DNA of 64,000 nucleotides from Chthoniobacteraceae bacterium (GTDB taxonomy: Bacteria; Verrucomicrobiota; Verrucomicrobiia; Chthoniobacterales; Chthoniobacteraceae). The notes beneath the pieces are model-generated. The model ran no database searches, was not told the DNA's origin, and saw only the letters and a program-made list of their open reading frames with translations. The position numbers and the translations under genes were made by a program. Location: positions 1-64,000 of the forward strand of contig JANNWY010000198.1 in assembly GCA_031409335.1 (NCBI GenBank), given 5' to 3'. This document shows, piece by piece, positions 36,401-43,918 of the stretch (its first letter is position 1; the number at the start of each line of letters is the position of its first letter).

Positions 36401-36769
36401 GCGATGGATGCCCGGAACATCGCGCTCGGGGTCGAATGGGAAAGCGAATCGCGCAAGGGGCCTGAGTTGTTCGTTCGCTCGGAAAAGCTCGGCGAGCCTG
36501 CCGTCACCGAACGGGACGCTGTCGTCAGCGGCGTTCCGGCAAAACGCCAACGTCGGGCGTGGCAACTCGCGCTGTCAGATCTCTCGCCAGAACTCGCGAC
36601 GGACGCTGGCCGCGACGCACTGAAAAAGCGGATCGCCGAAGCCTGGCTCGATAAGCCAACGCCGATCCGCGTGGGCGAGGAAAAGCTGATCTTCTCGGTT
36701 CCGCTCGCCGATGGGAAAGAAGGGCGGGTCTTTCTGGCGACGCGCCCACGCGGCGGATCAAAGCAATGA
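33416..36769 (+). CDS. Membrane Ser/Thr protein kinase (Hanks type) with zinc ribbons and an extracytoplasmic region
   Basis: N-terminal CQKC..CPMC; GAGGMG, VALK, HRDIKPEN, DFGLA and YMAPEQ; several TM segments. Confidence 0.92.
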   Translation: MNTSTPNTCQKCGKPIMDGSPRGLCPMCLISAVAKSDEPVPTNAPSPELDDLRPAFPQLEILETLGAGGMGRVYKVRQPNLDRIVALKLLPPAYAADPEWIERFTREARALARLNHPNIVQVYDFGETAPNETGERFPFLLMEFVDGVNLRQALRTGALTAREALTIVPSVCAALQYAHDQGVLHRDIKPENILLDTQGRVKIADFGLAKLGGDSAPGLTLTGTGAQLGTAAYMAPEQIEKPHDVDHRADIYSLGVVFYELLTGELPLGRFPAPSEKAGTDPRLDTIVFRTLEKERDRRFQTATDMRTEVENVANHPAPEPTPAPKYGPDEWMVRCASCGRTGALAAVGGVRIGAASIGKRTIIRCSQCGGLREGIIAKLRDLPPDTVPVAPVTPAASKSAQGRKRALIGAWLHLVPLILGICFLPLWFDMAAAIVNMRVTDTMLFEEIFPRFGARLAAFIIPSALALVAGDVLTLVALLGDRFRARWFFWWNILHWTALSFLFVGILPLIYVLAKWREFFPRLATATQSEVSSSPIPAASARNPWPRRVFLLIAALVIVPAGLIGVGLIMPYLALQAPRGMLTARPTADVVTAEHAPFIGRLPEGSIELVAISHHPAIGEPSWKMDGSPATVAAVSNPVAEIAAKSGERAFVFLFHVNNLPEGTRLLETEVANSEGWSCDTQRNLEAGADKRINRNIGLTARLPAKSSTADIRVGFGFGEWETIFDSGSQSVGGSSPLHEGVRWKLGWSAAIETKDGEIISNWNVKPNRDWESRVVAVKNNGEIVATNNRTTGQDQTEWRFSSVPMHELKTFYFQVRRVQWVEFRGIKLAPSGAVAKSTATAADFDLHQNMTEKSEDSIEAQWLAGSDSPGWVTARFGEFEQSTQMRRGTDGRYKAQVHARLTLSRTPGWARLELTTDDGTGQKAKDDINFEEPSRGWFAKVFADTAKDGLHKRGTIPLLQIGTEPVTLTVSNDHPAPTRPSFAAFALTEVYCVAMDARNIALGVEWESESRKGPELFVRSEKLGEPAVTERDAVVSGVPAKRQRRAWQLALSDLSPELATDAGRDALKKRIAEAWLDKPTPIRVGEEKLIFSVPLADGKEGRVFLATRPRGGSKQ

Positions 36770-37482
36770 GCGATTCCGCCTTCGCGCCCACCCGCTGGAC
36801 CCGCGTGATCGAAGCTCGCGGCGATGCGCCGGAAGCGCGGGCGGCGCTCAGCGAATTGTGCGCGGCGTATTACGCGCCAGTCGTCGCTTTCCTCCGTCGC
36901 GAGCGGGGCGATGAAGAGGCGGCGCGCGAACTGGCGCAGGAGTTTTTCGCGCGGCTGCTCGCGGGCGGGGGTGTGGACGGCGCGGATCGCGAGCGGGGAA
37001 AATTTCGCAGCTTCCTGCTCGGCGCGGTGAAACATTTCCTCGCCGATCAGCGCGACCATGCGCTCCGCGAAAAACGCGGTGGCGGCGCGACGCACGAGTC
37101 GCTCGACGCCGGCACCGACAGCGCGCCCGGCCTGCAAATCCCCGACGCGCAGGCGCTCCCGCCCGACGTGCTTTTCGACCGGCAATGGGCGCTCACCGTC
37201 CTCGACCGCGCGTTCACCGCGCTGGAGGCCGAGCTTTCCGCCGAAGGCAAATCCGCGCACCTCGAAGTCCTCAAACCGTGGCTCGTCGCCGACGCCGATC
37301 GCGGCGCGCAGTCCGCCGCAGCGGCACAACTCGGCGTGAGCGAAACCGCCGTCCGCGTCATCGTTCACCGGCTCCGCCAGCGCTACCGCGAAGCTGTCCG
37401 CAGCGAACTCCGTCAGACACTGACGCCCGGCGGCTCCGTCGAGGAGGAACTGCGCTGCCTCTTCACCGCGCTCGCGGCGTGA
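36766..37482 (+). CDS. ECF sigma factor of the kinase-associated type
   Basis: FAPTRW N-terminus, ALSELCAAYY, RGKFRSFLL, FDRQWA and region-4 HTH LGVSETAVRVIVHRLR; ATGA overlap with the kinase. Confidence 0.88.
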   Translation: MSDSAFAPTRWTRVIEARGDAPEARAALSELCAAYYAPVVAFLRRERGDEEAARELAQEFFARLLAGGGVDGADRERGKFRSFLLGAVKHFLADQRDHALREKRGGGATHESLDAGTDSAPGLQIPDAQALPPDVLFDRQWALTVLDRAFTALEAELSAEGKSAHLEVLKPWLVADADRGAQSAAAAQLGVSETAVRVIVHRLRQRYREAVRSELRQTLTPGGSVEEELRCLFTALAA

Positions 37483-37525
37483 AGCGCGCGGATGCCGCAT
37501 TAGCCACGGGCCGCACCCGCGCGAT

Positions 37526-39193
37526 CTACTTCACGCCGAGCAGCGTCTTCGCGTGGGCGAGCGCGGAGTCGGTTTTCCCGCCGAGCATTCGCGCGATTTC
37601 TTCCACGCGGGCTTTGCCTTCCACTTTCTGAAGCTGCGAAATCGTCCGGTCTTTCGCGTATTCCTTCGTCACCACGAACTGCTCGCCCGCGACGGCTGCG
37701 ACTTGCGGGAGGTGGCTGATGCAGATCACTTGCCGCTCCTTGCCGAGCGCCGCCATTTTCGCGCCGACAGCGTGCGCGATTTCACCGCCGACGTTCGCGT
37801 CGATCTCGTCGAAGACGAGCAGCGAGATGGTGTCCTCGGCGGCGAGCGAGGACTTCACGGCAAGCATCACGCGCGAGATTTCACCGCTGGAAGCAATCGC
37901 CTTGAGCGGCTTCGGCGGTTCGCCGGGATTTGGTGCGAAAAGAAACTCCGCGCTTTCGAGCCCGCTTGCGGCGGGCTTTTCGTTTGAGGTCAACTCGATC
38001 GCGAATTCGGATTTTTTGAAACCGAGATCGCGCAAATGTGCGGTCACGCTCGCGGCGAGTTTCGGCGCCGCGGTTTTTCGTTTCGCGCTGAGTTTCGCGC
38101 CGAGATCGAGCATCGCTTTCCGCGCCGTTTCGATCTCCTGCCCGAGCCGGATGATCTCGTCCCCGCGCGATTCGATCTTTTGCAAACGCTCCGCCGCCTG
38201 CGCGCCAAACGCGATGACGTCCGCGATCGAGCCACCGTATTTGCGCTTCAGCGTCTCGAAGAGCGAAACGCGTTCCTCCATCTCCGCGAGTCGCGACGGA
38301 TCGAGATCGAGATCCTCCGCGTATCGCAGAAGCGACTGCGCGAGATCCTCGAGTTCCGTCGCGGCGCGCAGATGCGATTCCGTAAAACGCGACGCCGACG
38401 GATCGACCCGCTCCAGCTCACGCAAAAGTTTTCCGGCTTCGCCGATCCGCACGAGCGCCGCCGCCTCGGACTCGGACACCCGGTCGAGAATCTGGGTCGA
38501 AAGCTCCAGCAACTTGCGGCTGTTCGTCGCCACGCTAAACCGCGCCAGCAATTCATCCTCCTCGCCAGCGACCAGGCTCGCCGCCTCGATCTCGCCGACC
38601 TGGTGCCGCAGTAAATCCAGCTCGCGCTCCAGCGCGGATTCATTCGCCGCCAGCCCGTCGCGCTCCGCCGTGAGCGCGTTCACTTCGCGAAATTTAGCCG
38701 CAAACTTCCGCCGCAAATCATCCGCACCCGCGAACGCATCGAGCAGCGCCATCTGCGTGTCGTTTGAAAGCAGCGACTGGTGATCGTGCGGCCCGTGCAA
38801 ATCGACCAGCGCATCGCCGAGCCCCTTCAGCACCGCGAGCGTCGTCGCGCTGCCGTTGATGAATTGCCGGTTCGCGCCCGCGTTGGAAAAGACGCGCTTC
38901 AAAATGAGCTGCGCCTCCTCGCACGGCTCCACGCCTTGATCTTCGAGCCGCGCATTCAGCGCCTGCACATCCGCCACTTCAAACAGCGCCTCCACCGTGC
39001 AGCTCTCCGCGCCCGTGCGAATCAGCGATTTGTCCGCGCGTTCACCGAGGATCAGTTTCAGCGCGCCGACGATGATGGATTTCCCCGAACCCGTCTCGCC
39101 CGTCACCGCCGTAAAGCCGGGCGCGACGAGCCATTCGAGTTCCTCGACGAGCGCGAGATTGCGAATGCGGAGCGATGAAAGCGTGGCGAGCAC
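37526..39193 (-). CDS. recN: DNA repair protein RecN
   Basis: TGETGSGKS, HGPHDHQSL, ASSGEISRVML, FDEIDAN and ISHLPQVA; GTG start inferred. Confidence 0.96.
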   Translation of the reverse strand: MLATLSSLRIRNLALVEELEWLVAPGFTAVTGETGSGKSIIVGALKLILGERADKSLIRTGAESCTVEALFEVADVQALNARLEDQGVEPCEEAQLILKRVFSNAGANRQFINGSATTLAVLKGLGDALVDLHGPHDHQSLLSNDTQMALLDAFAGADDLRRKFAAKFREVNALTAERDGLAANESALERELDLLRHQVGEIEAASLVAGEEDELLARFSVATNSRKLLELSTQILDRVSESEAAALVRIGEAGKLLRELERVDPSASRFTESHLRAATELEDLAQSLLRYAEDLDLDPSRLAEMEERVSLFETLKRKYGGSIADVIAFGAQAAERLQKIESRGDEIIRLGQEIETARKAMLDLGAKLSAKRKTAAPKLAASVTAHLRDLGFKKSEFAIELTSNEKPAASGLESAEFLFAPNPGEPPKPLKAIASSGEISRVMLAVKSSLAAEDTISLLVFDEIDANVGGEIAHAVGAKMAALGKERQVICISHLPQVAAVAGEQFVVTKEYAKDRTISQLQKVEGKARVEEIARMLGGKTDSALAHAKTLLGVK

Positions 39194-39354
39194 GGCGGGA
39201 AAATATGGAAGCCAACGCGCGGACGGAATCCGAAAACTCAGGCCAATCGGGTCAAAGAATCCTGCTTCTGTTCCGCGAAGGCTGCCTGCCGAGCGGAACA
39301 CGCTTCGCCGGGGTCAGGACTTTCACCTTCCGGTTTCATGGCTTTCGATTCGCA

Positions 39355-39954
39355 TCAGTCCGCGACCGTAGTCGCCGGAGACGCAGCCACGATTCCAGCG
39401 GCCAAAGTCGCAGACGGCTTTGCTTCGGTCGTCTCCACCCACCGCGCCCACAGCCAGCAAAGATCAGAGAGCCGGTTCAAATACCGGACGATCTCCGTAT
39501 TCACTGGCGCGCCCGTTTCAACGAGCGTCACCACCGCGCGCTCCGCCCGCCTGCAAATCGTCCGCGCCATATCGAGCGCCGCGGAAGAAGGCGTCGCGCC
39601 CGGCGTCGCCCAGCCATCGTACGAAATGCGGTGATTCATTTCCAGATCGTCGATGTGCCCCGTCAGCCGATCGACCATCTCCGCATTCAGAAACTGAAAC
39701 CCGCCCGCCGCATAGCGTTTCCGATCCTCCGGTGCGACCGCGAGTTCTCCCATTAGCACCACGAGTTCATTTTGAATCGCGAGGATTTTCGCGGTCACGA
39801 AAACCTCCGCCAAAGCTGCCCGCGCCACGCCCAGCGCCGCATTCAATTCATCCACCGCGCCATTGGCCGCGATCCGCGCATCCGTCTTTGGCACCCGCCG
39901 ACCGTACATGATCGCCGTGGTGCCGTCGTCGCCAGTTTTTGTTGCAATGGACAT
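39355..39954 (-). CDS. Cob(I)alamin adenosyltransferase, PduO type
   Basis: MSIATKTGDDGTT, GAVDELNA, RTICRRAER and YLNRLSD. Confidence 0.92.
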   Translation of the reverse strand: MSIATKTGDDGTTAIMYGRRVPKTDARIAANGAVDELNAALGVARAALAEVFVTAKILAIQNELVVLMGELAVAPEDRKRYAAGGFQFLNAEMVDRLTGHIDDLEMNHRISYDGWATPGATPSSAALDMARTICRRAERAVVTLVETGAPVNTEIVRYLNRLSDLCWLWARWVETTEAKPSATLAAGIVAASPATTVAD

Positions 39955-40025
39955 ATCGGTGTCAGCGTCCATACCCCTTCAAAACCGTCAAACAAACATT
40001 GCGCTGCCCGGCGGCTGGAACCCTT

Positions 40026-40051
40026 GGTGCGCGGAGCGACGCGATCCAACC
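40026..40051. repeat. Degenerate single copy of the REP unit found at 2878-2904
   Basis: GGTGCGCGGAGCGACGCGATCCAACC versus GGCGCGCGGAGCGACGCCATCCACC. Confidence 0.6.
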
Positions 40052-40081
40052 ACACCACTCGCAATATCGCCTGGCTAAAAG

Positions 40082-40261
40082 CGGCGATGGAGATTTCCGC
40101 GGAGGACGCGGAGGACGCGGAGGACGCGGAGGACGCGGATGAGGAGGAGGATGAGTTCTGTGTCGCCGGGAGGGCATCGGTCGCCGATTGGGTGAGCGGC
40201 TCAAGGTTCGCAATCTCCGCGTTGTCGGTGTCGTTCGCGTCGTCCGCGTTTCCCATCGCCG
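40082..40261. repeat. Nonamer tandem-repeat inverted element
   Basis: (CGCGGAGGA)x4 plus CGCGGATGA at 40098-40142; degenerate complementary nonamers at 40216-40251; outer arms CGGCGATGG/CCATCGCCG. Confidence 0.85.
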
Positions 40262-40355
40262 AATTCAGGATGAATCGACGGGCATTGATCGAGAAAGGCG
40301 AAAGGCGGGTGCTGGTGCGATTGACCCGTCGCTGCACACTCGCTTTCCTCATCGT

Positions 40356-40904
40356 GTGAATCCTCCACCCGATGAAGCCGCGATCTTCGCCCTCGAACGC
40401 CCGCAGCCAGCGCTGTGGAAGCTCTACCTCATCCGCATCGTCCTGAGCGGCCCGGCCTTTTTCATCACGCTGCCGCTCCTCTACTTTCGCTATCACACGC
40501 TACGCTACCGCTTCGACAGCGAGGGCATTCATATGAAAGTCGGCATCCTGTTTCGCCGCGAAGTGAACGTCACCTACGCGCGCATCCAGGACATCCATCT
40601 CAGCTCGGGCATCATCCAGCGCTGGCTCGGTCTCGCCGACGTGCAGATTCAGACCGCGTCGGGCACAGTCGGCGCGGAACTCACCATCGAAGGCTTCAAG
40701 GAATACGAAGCGATCCGCGATTTCCTTTACGCGAAAATGCGGATCACTCGCGAGAAAACCGCGCACGCTCCGCCGCCGCTTCCTTCCGCCGCGAGTGATG
40801 AGTCCGTGACGCTGCTCCTCGCCATCCGCGATGAACTCCGCCAGACACGCGAACTGCTGCAAAGTCGCTCCAGCAAAGCATCCACGGACGATCCGCATGT
40901 ATAA
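40356..40904 (+). CDS. Bacterial PH-domain (bPH_2, YdbS-like) membrane protein
   Basis: TM segment followed by GILFRREVNVTYARIQDI..GIIQRWLGLADVQIQTA; GTG start inferred. Confidence 0.85.
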   Translation: MNPPPDEAAIFALERPQPALWKLYLIRIVLSGPAFFITLPLLYFRYHTLRYRFDSEGIHMKVGILFRREVNVTYARIQDIHLSSGIIQRWLGLADVQIQTASGTVGAELTIEGFKEYEAIRDFLYAKMRITREKTAHAPPPLPSAASDESVTLLLAIRDELRQTRELLQSRSSKASTDDPHV

Positions 40905-41637
40905 AATCTTCCGCGAATTCGCCGGGCGCCTGCTCCGCATCCCGCACGACCCCACGCCGCCACCCGGCGATGAACACAGCGCACGCGTCTTCCGCGCCGC
41001 GCCAGCTTACTTGAGATATCGCACCGTCCTCTGGGCCATCGGCGTCGTCGTCTCGCTGCTCTTCGGCGTGCTTTTCCTCGGCGGCATGAATCTCGCGGTT
41101 TTCAACGACCGCGCCGCGCCTGCGGCAGTGAAGGCCGGCGTCTTCACTTTTTCCGCCGTCGTCTTTCTTCTCATCGTCCTGCGTGCGGCCGTCGCGTTTG
41201 CCGTGCTCCGGCTCGATTTCGAGAAACGCTGGTACGTCGTCACCGATCGCAGCCTGCGCATTCGCGAAGGCGTTATCAGCGTGCGCGAAATGACGGTGAT
41301 GTTTGCCAACATCCAAAACGTCTCCGTGATGCAAGGCCCGATCCAGCGCGCGCTCGGCATCGCCGACCTGCAAGTCGAGACTGCCGGTGGTGGTGGCGCG
41401 CACGCGAATCAAAAGCAACTCGGCCCGAACCTCCACACCGCATGGTTTCGCGGCATCGACAACGCGGAGGAAGTGAAGCAGCTCATCCAGGATCGCCTCC
41501 GCGCGCTGAAAGATTCCGGCCTCGGTCACCACGAAGAAATACACGCCGCACCAATCGCCGCGCCCGCCTTTCTCGACGCACTCCGCAGCGTCCACGCGGA
41601 AGCCCGCGCGCTGCGCCAGTCCGTCAGCGCTTCTTAG
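40897..41637 (+). CDS. Bacterial PH-domain (bPH_2) membrane protein
   Basis: Two TM segments followed by FANIQNVSVMQGPIQRALGIADLQVETAGGG; overlaps the upstream paralog. Confidence 0.85.
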   Translation: MYKIFREFAGRLLRIPHDPTPPPGDEHSARVFRAAPAYLRYRTVLWAIGVVVSLLFGVLFLGGMNLAVFNDRAAPAAVKAGVFTFSAVVFLLIVLRAAVAFAVLRLDFEKRWYVVTDRSLRIREGVISVREMTVMFANIQNVSVMQGPIQRALGIADLQVETAGGGGAHANQKQLGPNLHTAWFRGIDNAEEVKQLIQDRLRALKDSGLGHHEEIHAAPIAAPAFLDALRSVHAEARALRQSVSAS

Positions 41638-42388
41638 CAGGCTTCAATTCCACGCCCACCGGGCAATGATCCGAGCCGGTGATGTGCGGGTAAATCGTCG
41701 CCGATTTCAGCCGCGATTTCAGCGCTTCCGAGCATAGGAAATAGTCGATCCGCCAGCCGATATTCCGCGCCCGCGCGCCGCTCATCTGGCTCCACCAGGT
41801 GTAATGCCCGCCCGCTTTTTCAAACTCGCGAAACGTGTCCACAAAACCCGCCGCCACGAACGCCGAAAACCCCGCGCGTTCCTCCGGCGTGAAGCCGTGG
41901 TTTTTCTCGTTCCCCTTCGGACGCGCGAGATCGATCTCGGTATGCGCGACATTCAAATCACCGCACCAAATCACCGGCTTCGATTTCTCCAGCCCTTTCA
42001 GATACGCGAGAAAATCGCGGTCCCACTGCTGGCGATACGGCAGCCGCGTCAGCTCGCGTTTCGAGTTCGGCACATAGACATTCACGAGGAAAAAGTCCGC
42101 GAACTCCGTCGTCAGCACGCGCCCTTCCATGTCGTGCTCCGCCGTCCCGATCCCGCGCGCGACACTCAGCGGCTGCTTCTTTGAAAGCGTGAGCACACCG
42201 CTGTAACCCTTCTTCTGCGCCCAATTCCAGTGCGCATCATACTCCGGCCAAAACGCCTCCACATCGTCGGGATGCGCCTTCGTTTCCTGAAAACAAATCG
42301 CGTCCGGCTTTTCCGCAGCGACGAGTTCGAGCGCGCCCTTTTTCAAGACCGAGCGGATGCCATTCACGTTCCATGAGATGAGTTTCAT
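41624..42388 (-). CDS. xth: Exodeoxyribonuclease III / AP endonuclease
   Basis: SWNVNGIR, QETKA, GDLNVAH, GWRIDY and GSDHCP. Confidence 0.95.
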   Translation of the reverse strand: MKLISWNVNGIRSVLKKGALELVAAEKPDAICFQETKAHPDDVEAFWPEYDAHWNWAQKKGYSGVLTLSKKQPLSVARGIGTAEHDMEGRVLTTEFADFFLVNVYVPNSKRELTRLPYRQQWDRDFLAYLKGLEKSKPVIWCGDLNVAHTEIDLARPKGNEKNHGFTPEERAGFSAFVAAGFVDTFREFEKAGGHYTWWSQMSGARARNIGWRIDYFLCSEALKSRLKSATIYPHITGSDHCPVGVELKPAKKR

Positions 42389-42441
42389 GTGGTGCGCGAG
42401 AATGGCGGAGCGGGCAGGTGTGGCAAGCTGGGCCGTGAAAA

Positions 42442-43911
42442 TTACGCCAAAAAACCAAGCGGCGGCGTGCCGCTTCCCGTCGCATAAAAGTTCCCGATGT
42501 TCGGCAAAATCAGCGGCAGGCTGCTGGCGGGGACGCCGAGCCAGAGCGCCATTTCGGCGAAGAACTGATCGCAACTCGTCGTCGGGATGAGCCGCCCGCG
42601 ACCGGTGTCGAGCGGGTTGATTTCGGTGCCGGTTTCGGGGTTCACGGCGAGGCCGGGATACGTGCCGTAGATTTTTTTCCCGAGCACGCTGCCGCCGATG
42701 ACATACGCATTTCCGCCCCACGCGTGATCGCTGCCCTGGCTATTGCTCGTGAGCGTTCGGCCAAAATCGGACGCGGAGAAAATCGTCACTTTATCCGAGA
42801 TGCCGAGCGCCACGAGCTGCGCCCAAAACGCGCCAAGCGCGCCGTCGATTTCCGGCAGCATCGCGGCCTGCGCGGCGAGCGTGTTGCTGTGGTGATCCCA
42901 GCCGCCGCTGTTCACGAAAAAGGTCTGTCGCACCGCGCCGAGTCCCGCGCGGCCCATGATCGCGCGGGCGACTTGCTGGAGCTGGCGGCCCACGCCGGTG
43001 TTTGGAAACGCGATGCCGCCGGGCAGCGTGCCGGTCGTGGCGGTGGAGTAGAGCGCGTAGGCTTCCTGCGCGGTGCGGCGTTTTTCCGCGAAAGTTTGCT
43101 GGATCAAATTCGTGTATTGCAGCGCGAGCTGGCTATCGACGGCGGCGCTGGTCGCATTCGTCACGGCACCATCGAGCACGTAGTCGGCGGTGTAGCCCGC
43201 GAGCGCGGTCGCGCCGCCGAGCGGGGCCGACGCATTGCCGGGGCTCACGGCGTATTCCGCGCCGGTCGCGCCGGTTTGCCACACGTTGCTGCCGTCGGTG
43301 GAAATGTTCATCGACACCGCCTGATTCGTGTTCACGCCTTTCAATAAATCCATGACGCGCCCGGCCCAACCGATGCCTGAGCGGCTGTGCGGCACGCTGG
43401 TTTGCCACTGCTCGATTTGGTCGGAGTGCGAGTAAAGGCCGAGCGGCAGGCGCTTCGAGGCGCTTGCGACTTGGGTGCGGTTCATCACCGGCTCGATGAG
43501 CGTGCCGACGTTCGCGACGAACGCGGCCTTGCCACTTTGAAAAAGCATCGCGAGCTGCGGCATTCCCGGATGCACGCCGAAGGTGCGGCCCGGCGTATTT
43601 GTCGGGTGAATTTCGTGGAGTTGATTTTGCGGCAGCGCGAGGTCGGAGCGGCTCGCGGTGTATTCCGCGAAAGCATTCGCCGCCGTCGCCGACGCGCCGC
43701 TGAACGGCGTGAGCATGTTAAAACTGTCGTTGCCGCCGCTTTGGAAAATGCACACCAGCGCGCGGTATTCGCCCGGCGCGGGCGGCGCGGCATTCGCGAT
43801 GGAACTCGCGAGCCGCAGATTCAGCAGCGTATTCAAAATGGGGATGCTGCTGACTCCGGCGCAACTGGCCTGGCGGAGAAAACGACGACGGGAAAGGAAT
43901 GGAGTGTTCAT
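42442..43911 (-). CDS. DUF1501 domain protein (Tat signal)
   Basis: SRRRFL twin-arginine motif, ALVCIFQSGGNDS, GGWDHH, SDFGRT and GSDHAWGG. Confidence 0.88.
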   Translation of the reverse strand: MNTPFLSRRRFLRQASCAGVSSIPILNTLLNLRLASSIANAAPPAPGEYRALVCIFQSGGNDSFNMLTPFSGASATAANAFAEYTASRSDLALPQNQLHEIHPTNTPGRTFGVHPGMPQLAMLFQSGKAAFVANVGTLIEPVMNRTQVASASKRLPLGLYSHSDQIEQWQTSVPHSRSGIGWAGRVMDLLKGVNTNQAVSMNISTDGSNVWQTGATGAEYAVSPGNASAPLGGATALAGYTADYVLDGAVTNATSAAVDSQLALQYTNLIQQTFAEKRRTAQEAYALYSTATTGTLPGGIAFPNTGVGRQLQQVARAIMGRAGLGAVRQTFFVNSGGWDHHSNTLAAQAAMLPEIDGALGAFWAQLVALGISDKVTIFSASDFGRTLTSNSQGSDHAWGGNAYVIGGSVLGKKIYGTYPGLAVNPETGTEINPLDTGRGRLIPTTSCDQFFAEMALWLGVPASSLPLILPNIGNFYATGSGTPPLGFLA

Positions 43912-43918
43912 GGCGGGT

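Noticed and set aside
39843..40496. ORFs with EDA/SSA repeats (39772-40359 +, 39843-40496 -) as full-length genes
   Set aside because: They overlap real genes at both ends and the low-complexity peptides come from the nonamer repeat; only the conserved core is kept as a finding.
41624..41637. 14-bp convergent overlap of xth and the PH-domain gene
   Set aside because: Short tail-to-tail overlaps are common; no evidence of a regulatory role.
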